Position numbers and translations under genes: made by a program. From Candidatus Latescibacterota bacterium (GTDB lineage: Bacteria; Latescibacterota; UBA2968; GCA-2709665), in contig OZ242180.1 in assembly GCA_965205485.1 (NCBI GenBank), positions 4,128,001 to 4,192,000 on the forward strand: a stretch of 64,000 nucleotides of DNA. The letters run 5' to 3'. Positions 9,706-17,618 of this stretch are shown in pieces (positions within the stretch are counted from its first letter, which is position 1; every line of letters begins with the position of its first letter). A model generated the notes under the pieces. The model did no database searches and was not told the origin of the DNA. It saw only the letters and a program-made list of their open reading frames with translations.

Positions 9706-9790
9706 TATTATAGAGTCTGTCGGTCTGATATGCCATGGATGAATACAATTTTCAGTACGGGCGCTTGAAATTGAAACCTCGCTCGCGGAC

Positions 9791-9822
9791 AAAAAAATCC
9801 CCGGCGGAGATGGAGCCGGGGA
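9791..9822 (-). terminator. Intrinsic terminator on the minus strand
   Basis: TCCCCGGC/GCCGGGGA stem followed by T7 on the minus strand. Confidence 0.6.
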
Positions 9823-10102
9823 ACTGAGCGTGGTCGCGCTTGTGTGCCGTGCCTGCTGTGGGGCGGCGACCGGACCGCCGGGCGGCGTGTTATACCCGCT
9901 GCCAGGATTCAGCGCGTCAAGAGTACACGATGTCGATCTCTGTTCGCCTCCCCAAATCGAATTCCCCTTGACACCGCGGATACCGCACGCGATTTTACGC
10001 GAGAGGGCCGGTGTCTTTCCGTTCAGTGCCTGCCGGCCGTTCTCTTCGCAGCGTCAACACAAACCATCGATCGGGATCGTCCTTGCCATGAAGGAGACCG
10101 GG

Positions 10103-10888
10103 ATGCCCCAAAACGTCATCCTGCCGGACAATTTCAATGATCAGCTCGACATCCCCAATGCACCCGAACGGCTCAGCGAGGCGCTCGACGTCGCACGAAG
10201 GATCACCGACGCGGGCGTGCCGCTGCTGCCGAATCCGGACCACGCGGCCATTTTCGTCGATCCCCCGCGTCTCATTTCCGGCCGGCTGAAACGCATCGGT
10301 TACATTGCCGGCTGGGACACCCGCTGCTATCCGTCTCCGGTTGACGGACACGACTACATGAACGTGCCTTCCGGGCTGCCCGAAGACAGCCCGGCTCGTG
10401 GCGAGGGCTGGTTCGACTACGTCGCGGTCGTCCATCCCGTTGACGAGGACGCCCGCGACCATATGCTTGCCCAGGGTCACGGAAATCCATTCGTACACCA
10501 CATGACCTGGGGTATCGTACCGCCCGTACGTGACGATGAGGACGACTTCGAATACGCGGGAAAGGTGATTCCCTATCTTGCGAGGATACGAAAAACCATC
10601 GGGGAGGCGCTGGGCGAATCGCCGGGAGCGCTGGTCATGGCGCTACCGCAGATCGTATGTGCGGATGCCCGCTTGAGGGCATGTCTTCCGAAATGGGTCG
10701 GCGGATTGGACCCTGCTGACTATCAGGTCGAGCCGATGCAGGGCGGAGGCTTTCTGCTGCAGTTTTTCGTCCTGACCGGAGGACGAATCGAGGTCGCACT
10801 GCGGTCGGGCACACGTCAGACATTCAATCCAATGAGCGTACACAAGATCTCGAAGGACGAAATCAGCGCGGTTCAATCCGGCGGGTAG
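10103..10888 (+). CDS. Hypothetical VOC-superfamily protein resembling the catalytic half of 4-hydroxyphenylpyruvate dioxygenase
   Basis: AAGGAG RBS before ATG 10103; DHAAIFV, FVHHMTW, GFLLQFF and IEVALR in HPPD-like order. Confidence 0.65.
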   Translation: MPQNVILPDNFNDQLDIPNAPERLSEALDVARRITDAGVPLLPNPDHAAIFVDPPRLISGRLKRIGYIAGWDTRCYPSPVDGHDYMNVPSGLPEDSPARGEGWFDYVAVVHPVDEDARDHMLAQGHGNPFVHHMTWGIVPPVRDDEDDFEYAGKVIPYLARIRKTIGEALGESPGALVMALPQIVCADARLRACLPKWVGGLDPADYQVEPMQGGGFLLQFFVLTGGRIEVALRSGTRQTFNPMSVHKISKDEISAVQSGG

Positions 10889-11005
10889 TCTTTTCGGCTC
10901 GCGGCACGGCCGACCACACGCACACACAATAGACAACCGGCGGAATCTTTCGCAGTTGCCAATCTGCACATCGATTCCGCCGGTTGTTTGTTTTTGAACC
11001 TTTGG

Positions 11006-12475
11006 TCAAATTGATTTCCTGTACCTCGCGGGATTGATATTCAACTGATCTCTATACTTGGCAACCGTTCGGCGGGCAATGGCGATACCTTCGTCTTTCA
11101 GCAAATCGGCGATTTTCTGATCACTCAAAGGTTTTCTGGCGTTCTCTTCCGCAATCAACCTGGAGATCTTCTGTTTTACGCTCCTTGCGGCGATGTCTTC
11201 GCCGTCGTTGCGGGTCAGTCCGCCGTCGAAAAAGTACTTCAATTCGAACACACCGTGCGGCGTCTGTACGTATTTCCCGTTGCTCACCCGGCTGATGGTT
11301 GAAACGTGCATATTCACCCGGTCCGCGACCTCCTGAAGCACCATGGGCTTGAGAAAGCCAACTCCCTTGTCGAAGAATGCACGTTGACTGTCGACAATAC
11401 ACCGCATAACCCTGAGCATTGTGGTACGGCGCTGATTGATCGCGCTGATGAACCAGCGGGCGGAATTGAGGCGATCCACGACGAATTTCCTGGCCTGACT
11501 TCCCGGTTTACCGGACTTGCTGAGCAGCGTTCTGTATGCGGGGCTGACCCGCAGGGCGGGAAGATTGCGGTCGATCAGCGATACGACATACTCGTCGCCC
11601 ACCTTCTGCACCTCGAGATCGGGTACAACCAGATTGTGATTGATACGGCTTTCCCTGTAAATCATCGGTTTGGGGTTAAGGCCCGATATCACGCTTTCGG
11701 CGTGGGCAATCGCCGCCCGGTCCACGCCGAGCGCTCGACTGATCTTCATATATCGACGGTTCACCAGGTCGTCCCAATAGCCGTGTACGATACCCATCGC
11801 GAGAGAATCCGCCAGCCCCTGCTCGCGAAGCTGGATCGCCAGGCATTCCTGGAGATCCCTTGCGCCCACGCCCGGCGGATCGAACGTCTGAATAACCTCC
11901 AGGATCTGCTCCACAGATTCCGTCTCACACCCGAAAACAGCAACAATATCCTCGATCTGCGCCTGCAAAAAGCCGTCTTCGTCGATATTGCCGATGATGT
12001 ACTCGCCAATCTTCCGTTCAGCGGCGTCCAGATCGGTAAGCGAGAGCTGGGCGCGCAGTTCGGCCTCCAATGACTGCTGCCCGGGACCGTCGTACTCCCA
12101 CTCTTCAGCGTTGGGATCGAACTCATGCCGTGGCACGGTATACCCGGCATCGTTCAGGAGCTCGTTCCACTGATTCTCGTCCAACCGTCCATCGGCCAAT
12201 GCTGTGTCGCCGAATTCCACGTCCGGCGGGTCCGCATCGTCAACTTCCTTTCGTTCCCCGTCGATATCGACCGATTCCGAACCGTCCGACTCCGGATCCC
12301 ATTCGTCGTCTTCGCGACCTGTCTCTTCCGAAACCTCCAGGAGTGGATTGGTTTGCAGTTCCTGCTGAATCAACTGTTCCAATTCGAGCGACGGCATCTG
12401 CAGCAGCCGCAACGACTGGATGAGCTGCGGCGCCAGCTTCTGCTGGAGGGAGACGGTCTGCGTGAGTTGAATCAT
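11006..12475 (-). CDS. rpoN: RNA polymerase sigma-54 factor
   Basis: Gln/Leu-rich region I, HVSTISR, RpoN box ARRTVAKYR. Confidence 0.98.
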   Translation of the reverse strand: MIQLTQTVSLQQKLAPQLIQSLRLLQMPSLELEQLIQQELQTNPLLEVSEETGREDDEWDPESDGSESVDIDGERKEVDDADPPDVEFGDTALADGRLDENQWNELLNDAGYTVPRHEFDPNAEEWEYDGPGQQSLEAELRAQLSLTDLDAAERKIGEYIIGNIDEDGFLQAQIEDIVAVFGCETESVEQILEVIQTFDPPGVGARDLQECLAIQLREQGLADSLAMGIVHGYWDDLVNRRYMKISRALGVDRAAIAHAESVISGLNPKPMIYRESRINHNLVVPDLEVQKVGDEYVVSLIDRNLPALRVSPAYRTLLSKSGKPGSQARKFVVDRLNSARWFISAINQRRTTMLRVMRCIVDSQRAFFDKGVGFLKPMVLQEVADRVNMHVSTISRVSNGKYVQTPHGVFELKYFFDGGLTRNDGEDIAARSVKQKISRLIAEENARKPLSDQKIADLLKDEGIAIARRTVAKYRDQLNINPARYRKSI

Positions 12476-12662
12476 AGGCCTTTGAAGAACCCCTGCAAAG
12501 AGTACGAAACGGGAATGAGCGAAACTTGCCGCCGGTTGATCGCGTGAAGGGGAAGTGCCGTCAAGTCATATGTCATCGGCTGTAATGTATCGGAAAATCC
12601 TCGGTGGAAAGGCATCGATGTCCGCTCAACCCCGGTTCGCCTTTCCATTTACTTCGTTAAAA

Positions 12663-12691
12663 ATAATAAGGAAAACAGGTCCGGGTGACAA
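12663..12691 (-). promoter_or_regulatory. sigma70-type promoter for rpoN
   Basis: TTGTCA-N17-TATTAT on the minus strand. Confidence 0.55.
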
Positions 12692-12704
12692 TCCCAATTT
12701 TGGG

Positions 12705-13427
12705 TCAGTCCAATCGGAATCTGTCCCCCAGATAGACGCGTCGCACTTCCGGATTTTCCGCCAGCTCAGTCGGGCTGCCGGAGGTCAGGATCTTTCCGTC
12801 GGAGAGGATGTACGATCTGTCGGTTATCGCCAGGGTTTCGCGGACATTGTGATCGGTAATGAGGAGTCCGATACGTCGGTCCTTTAATGCGCGGACGATG
12901 GCCTGGATATCCTCTACGGCCTTTGGGTCGATACCTGCGAAGGGCTCGTCCAGCAGGAGGAATCGGGGACGTCTTGCCAGTGCACGCGTAATCTCGAGCC
13001 TGCGCGCTTCGCCGCCCGACAGCCCGTCCGCCCTGCGAGCCGCGAGACTCGAGAGTCCCAGTTCGCGCAGAAGCGTCTCCAGACGGGCCTCCTGTTCCAT
13101 GCGTGACAGTCGAAGTGTTTCCAGCACAGCGAGGATGTTCTGCCTCACGGTCAGTTTTCTGAAAACGGAGGGTTCCTGGGCCAGATAGCCGATGCCCTTC
13201 CTCGCCCGAATGTACATCGGCATACCTGTAATATCCTCGCCTCCGAGGAAGATCTCGCCGTGCTTGCACGGGATCAGGCCCACAATCAGGTGAAAAGTGG
13301 TCGTCTTTCCGGCGCCATTCGGGCCCAGAAGGCCCACGACCTCCCCCGGATTCACCTCGAGGCAAACGCCGTCCACCACCCGCCGCCGCTGGTATGCCTT
13401 AACCAGGTCTCGTGTCTTCAGTATCAC
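12705..13427 (-). CDS. lptB: LPS export ABC transporter ATP-binding protein
   Basis: [48 protein letters not shown] overlaps the upstream TGA. Confidence 0.96.
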   Translation of the reverse strand: MILKTRDLVKAYQRRRVVDGVCLEVNPGEVVGLLGPNGAGKTTTFHLIVGLIPCKHGEIFLGGEDITGMPMYIRARKGIGYLAQEPSVFRKLTVRQNILAVLETLRLSRMEQEARLETLLRELGLSSLAARRADGLSGGEARRLEITRALARRPRFLLLDEPFAGIDPKAVEDIQAIVRALKDRRIGLLITDHNVRETLAITDRSYILSDGKILTSGSPTELAENPEVRRVYLGDRFRLD

Positions 13428-14749
13428 GGCGCATCTCCGGATTCCGTCGGCCTGTATCGGCCGCGAACCCCGCCCTCCGCCTGAACATCGGTGAGCCTGT
13501 CGCCGTCGAACGTCAGTTTCACGGAATCGCCCGAAAGCCGGATATCGCCGGTCCGTTCGGTTTCGGACCGATGGGTACATCGGGCGCTCCCCGTAATCAG
13601 GACCTCATTAACGGCGCCGTTTTCGAAGTCAATCGCAATTGAACCGCCCGAAATTCGACTGACGGCGGCGCTGTCGGACGAGACGTACGCACCGATGCCC
13701 TTCCCGTGAACCGTCAGGCTGTCCAGGTTCCCGTCCATAAGGTCCATGCAGATTCGACCGCCCGTGAGGTCCACGCTGGCGCCATCGCGCGTGGTCAACA
13801 TCGCCGAAGCCTCCCCGGACGCATCGATGGTAGCGATCCGTCCTTCTGACAAGCCCAGGACAACCGAATCGGCCTGTACCTCCTGCCCACCGTCAAATTC
13901 CGGTTGTACAGCTTGCTTATGCAGTCTTGCGGCACCAATGAGGACGATGCTATCGAGCGAATCGGCACCTGCGCCGTGCACGCGCATCCGTTCGGCGTTC
14001 AATGTAACCGAGTCAGCCCGTGTTGCATGGTTCCGGATCCAGAAGGCAGATGTCCCGCCGCCCAGTTCCAGCCTGTCCGCGGGCCTGAAGTAGCGTCCAC
14101 GGGGGGCACGTGCCCGCATCCCGGCGTGTTCCATGCGGACCCGACCCGAAAATCGCATGCGATCCCCCAGATCGGCGAAATGCATCGAATCCGAGTGAAC
14201 GTGAAGCGAATCTTCAGGTGTCTCGGGGTATCGTACGGCCTGAACGCCGCCTGAACCCGATCCTGAATCCGCCAGCACATGATACGTCATTGCAGGTGCG
14301 CGAAACGAAATCCGCTTCCGGCTGTAGTTCAGTGTAACCGCGCCTTCGGCCTCCAGCAGGTTCGCCTTTTTGCGGTACGTCACTCGGTGGGCATAAAGCA
14401 ATCGGTGCTGTTCGATGACCCGGACCCCGCCCCGAAAGCTGGCCAGTTCGCTTCGAGGGTGATACGTCAGGGCATCGGCTGTCAGCGTTCTTGCGGAATC
14501 CCTGTATGTCACCCGCCCAAAGAACCTCGCCCGTGACAGTCCGCCATCCGGAATCCACAGGCGCGCCGAATCCGCATTCACGCTGAACGCGCGTTCAGTG
14601 TGCCGGTAGGATACGCCGCCCGCTTCAATCCGCAAGACGCCAGCATCCCGCAGCATGGTTTCACTGCGGTCGGCACGGATGAATTCTGTTGCGTAAACAG
14701 GAGGCGCCTTCGACAGGAGATACAACTGTAAGAGCAGGGAGAAGAACAT
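13424..14749 (-). CDS. Extended OstA/LptA-like beta-jellyroll protein
   Basis: Lies between lptC and lptB; signal-like N-terminus; repeated ADS...F.G.V beta-strand units; start uncertain. Confidence 0.7.
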   Translation of the reverse strand: MFFSLLLQLYLLSKAPPVYATEFIRADRSETMLRDAGVLRIEAGGVSYRHTERAFSVNADSARLWIPDGGLSRARFFGRVTYRDSARTLTADALTYHPRSELASFRGGVRVIEQHRLLYAHRVTYRKKANLLEAEGAVTLNYSRKRISFRAPAMTYHVLADSGSGSGGVQAVRYPETPEDSLHVHSDSMHFADLGDRMRFSGRVRMEHAGMRARAPRGRYFRPADRLELGGGTSAFWIRNHATRADSVTLNAERMRVHGAGADSLDSIVLIGAARLHKQAVQPEFDGGQEVQADSVVLGLSEGRIATIDASGEASAMLTTRDGASVDLTGGRICMDLMDGNLDSLTVHGKGIGAYVSSDSAAVSRISGGSIAIDFENGAVNEVLITGSARCTHRSETERTGDIRLSGDSVKLTFDGDRLTDVQAEGGVRGRYRPTESGDAP

Positions 14750-14790
14750 ACAAGAGGCAGGAAAGGCGACGATTGCAGATCGACAGAAAG

Positions 14791-15357
14791 TTACCGGAGG
14801 GAATCCGCCCCGCCCAGCCGCGTTGAAACCTGACGCATCCTCCACCACTTGAGATCTGAAGACGCCTCGAACCCTTCGCCAGTCTCCTCGCCGTCGGGTC
14901 GCCGAAGGGTCATCCTGCCGTTTCCCGTAATCATCTCGGTCTCGCGGTTCCAACGCAATGTATCGGTCTCCAGGCGGGTTCCGTTGGTAGCGATTACGGC
15001 CACGTCTCCCGTGACCACCATATCCCCGGATTCTTCGTGAATCTCCGCCTGCCGTGCCGTCAATACCGACACTCGCTTCAGCCCGGATCCGTTGTAAAAG
15101 GAAACAATCACGCCGCTATCGAGGAGGGCTGTAAACGTCCGATCAAATTTCCTGAAATGGCCCGCCTCGACTTCGGCGCGCTTGCGACCGTTCCGGGTAA
15201 CAACCGTGTTCCATCCCCACGCCTCCTGGTCCGGAGGTTTGGGGACTGCAGGCTGATTGGATGAGGGCTCGGACGACGGCGAACAGCCTGCCGCAAGAAA
15301 AATGAGCAGCCAAACCCCGTACGTGTACGAAATCGGGGACGCCCGGCCCGGCTTCAC
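14791..15357 (-). CDS. lptC: LPS export periplasmic protein LptC (lipoprotein-like)
   Basis: LAAGC lipobox-like; LTARQA...VTGDV...LETDTLRWN...GEGFEA; synteny. Confidence 0.85.
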   Translation of the reverse strand: MKPGRASPISYTYGVWLLIFLAAGCSPSSEPSSNQPAVPKPPDQEAWGWNTVVTRNGRKRAEVEAGHFRKFDRTFTALLDSGVIVSFYNGSGLKRVSVLTARQAEIHEESGDMVVTGDVAVIATNGTRLETDTLRWNRETEMITGNGRMTLRRPDGEETGEGFEASSDLKWWRMRQVSTRLGGADSLR

Positions 15358-17141
15358 GTCTCCAACTCGATCTGCACGGAATCCTCACGACCCGCTCCGG
15401 AACAGCGTATTGACGCATTGATGAGGCCAAAAAACAGGGGTGCTGGACGTTCCAGCCGGGATTTAAACTCCGGATGTGACTGGGTTGCAATGAAATACGG
15501 ATGATTGGGCAGTTCCACGAACTCCATCAGCTTGGTACCGTCTTCCCTGCGGTGGAAACCTGAAAACACCAGCCCGTACTCCTCCAGCAGGTCCACATAT
15601 TTCGGCGCAACTTCATAACGGTGCCGATGCCGTTCGACCACCGCGTTCTCGCTCGGCAGGATCACACCGCACCTGAACATCTGATCGGGAAGCTGCCGGA
15701 GTTGCTGGATTCTCCATGAATCCTCCTCCAGTCGTCCCGTCTGTTCGTAGAGGTCCAATACACGGGATTCCCGCCGTAATACAGCAGCGTACCCACCCAG
15801 CCTCATGGTGCCGCCGTACCGGTTTTCTTCGATAATCTGTCGCTGCGCGTACTGGATGTCGATTACGGCGTGGGGCGTATCGGGATCCATCTCGACGGAG
15901 TTCGCGTCGTCCAGTCCGACGACGTTTCGGGAGTATTCAACCACGACCATCTGCAGCCCGTAGCACAGGCCAAGGAACGGAACCTGATTTTCCCTGGCGT
16001 AGCGGACGGCATTGATGGCGCCCTCGGCGCCCCCTTCACCAAATGCTCCCGGTACGATAATACCGTGATATCCGGCGAGCACCTCCTCGACGTCGTGACG
16101 TTCGAGGCGGGTGGAGTCGATCCAGTCGATCTCAACCTTCGTATCCAACAGGGCGCCGGCGTGTTCCAGGGATTGATTGACGGAGATGTAGGAATCCTGA
16201 AATTCATAGTCTCCGATTCCGACGTATTTGCCCACCATGGCCACACGCACGCGTTCCCTGGGAGCTCGAATCATCTCCAGCAATTCACACCAGCGATCCC
16301 AGTCCGGCGTATTTTTCGGAGCCAAGCCGAACTCATCGAGTATCTTCTCGCCCAATCGGTCCTTTTCGTATTCCAGCGGAACCTGATAGATGCTGTCGAC
16401 GTCGGGCGCCGAAATGATCCGGTCTGCCGAGATATTCGCCGAAATCTCGATTTTGCGCTTCCGCACGTCGTCCAGCGCTTCCACGGCGCGGCAGATGATA
16501 AAGTCCGCGAATATCCCGTTCTCGCTCAAGGACCGGATCGCATGCTGTGTGGGCTTGGTTTTCATCTCGCCGACGTGGCCGGGTACCGGCAGGTAGGTGA
16601 CCAGCACATAGATGACGTTTTCCTCGCCGACTTCCCGTTCGAGGCTCTTCATTGCAAACAGAAAAGGGCGGTTTTCGTCATCGCCGATCGTGCCGCCTAT
16701 CTCTACCAGCGCAACATCGAATCCCTTCGCCGAGTCGGTAATCCGCTGTTTGATTTCGTCGGTGATATGGGGAATCGGTTGAACCGTCTTGCCCAGATAT
16801 TCTCCGCGGCGTTCACGCTCTATCACGGTATGGTAAATCTGTCCGGTGGTCAGGTTGTTGGTCCGCGGAAGATCGATTCCCAGGAATCTCTCGTAGTTTC
16901 CGAGGTCGAGGTCGATTTCACCGCCGTCGTCCGTTACCCACACTTCTCCGTGTTCCGTCGGACGCAGGGTACCGGCGTCGTAGTTGAGGTAAGGATCGAT
17001 CTTGATGCCCGTTGCCTTGTATCCGTGCTGCTGCAGAATTTTCCCGATGGACGCCGTAGCAAGGCCCTTGCCCACACCGCTCATTACGCCGCCGGCGACG
17101 ACGATGTATCTGGGTCCATTGTAATCACGCCGCTTGACCAT
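15354..17141 (-). CDS. pyrG: CTP synthase (atypical sequence type)
   Basis: GGVMSGVGKG, KTKPTQH, GLCYG, ERHRHRYE, HPEFKSR; GGAGGAG RBS before ATG 17141. Confidence 0.97.
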   Translation of the reverse strand: MVKRRDYNGPRYIVVAGGVMSGVGKGLATASIGKILQQHGYKATGIKIDPYLNYDAGTLRPTEHGEVWVTDDGGEIDLDLGNYERFLGIDLPRTNNLTTGQIYHTVIERERRGEYLGKTVQPIPHITDEIKQRITDSAKGFDVALVEIGGTIGDDENRPFLFAMKSLEREVGEENVIYVLVTYLPVPGHVGEMKTKPTQHAIRSLSENGIFADFIICRAVEALDDVRKRKIEISANISADRIISAPDVDSIYQVPLEYEKDRLGEKILDEFGLAPKNTPDWDRWCELLEMIRAPRERVRVAMVGKYVGIGDYEFQDSYISVNQSLEHAGALLDTKVEIDWIDSTRLERHDVEEVLAGYHGIIVPGAFGEGGAEGAINAVRYARENQVPFLGLCYGLQMVVVEYSRNVVGLDDANSVEMDPDTPHAVIDIQYAQRQIIEENRYGGTMRLGGYAAVLRRESRVLDLYEQTGRLEEDSWRIQQLRQLPDQMFRCGVILPSENAVVERHRHRYEVAPKYVDLLEEYGLVFSGFHRREDGTKLMEFVELPNHPYFIATQSHPEFKSRLERPAPLFFGLINASIRCSGAGREDSVQIELET

Positions 17142-17159
17142 CCGCTCCTCCACGTACCC

Positions 17160-17195
17160 AAAAAACAACGGCGGCGCTGACAAACCCGCCGCCGT
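17160..17195 (-). terminator. Intrinsic terminator between gatC and pyrG
   Basis: ACGGCGGCG/CGCCGCCGT 9-bp stem followed by TGTTTTTT on the minus strand. Confidence 0.65.
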
Positions 17196-17198
17196 CTC

Positions 17199-17486
17199 CT
17201 AATCGATGACCTTCGGAACCCTGAAATGGCCGACGCCTGAACTCGGCGCATTTGACAGCGCCTCTGCCTGTGACAGAGATGCAACGGGCGTATCCTCGCG
17301 AAACACGTTACTGACCGGCAGTACATGCGACGTTGGCGCAACGTCGGTCGTGTTCAGTTTCTCGAGAGCAGCCGCATAGTCAAGCATCTGATTCAGGTCG
17401 GCAACCAGCCGATCCATCTCTTCCGTATCGAACCTGAGCCGGGCGAGTTGCGCAACCTTTCGGACGTCTTCATGCGTAACTGACAC
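17199..17486 (-). CDS. gatC: Asp-tRNA(Asn)/Glu-tRNA(Gln) amidotransferase subunit C
   Basis: VRKVAQLARL...NVFRED...ALSNAP...FRVPKVI; start GTG 17486 or ATG 17498. Confidence 0.95.
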   Translation of the reverse strand: MSVTHEDVRKVAQLARLRFDTEEMDRLVADLNQMLDYAAALEKLNTTDVAPTSHVLPVSNVFREDTPVASLSQAEALSNAPSSGVGHFRVPKVID

Positions 17487-17523
17487 AAAAAAACCCATGA
17501 AAATGGATTGAGGTTATATCCGG

Positions 17524-17551
17524 AATTTACATTGATGTTAATATGGGTCAA
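17524..17551 (-). promoter_or_regulatory. Putative sigma70 promoter for gatC
   Basis: TTGACC-N16-TAAATT. Confidence 0.4.
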
Positions 17552-17618
17552 TCCAGGTGCGAAATCAAGAAGATTCTGGCAAAGGAAGCGACCCGCCGGA
17601 TGTTCGTACGGCTCGGCG

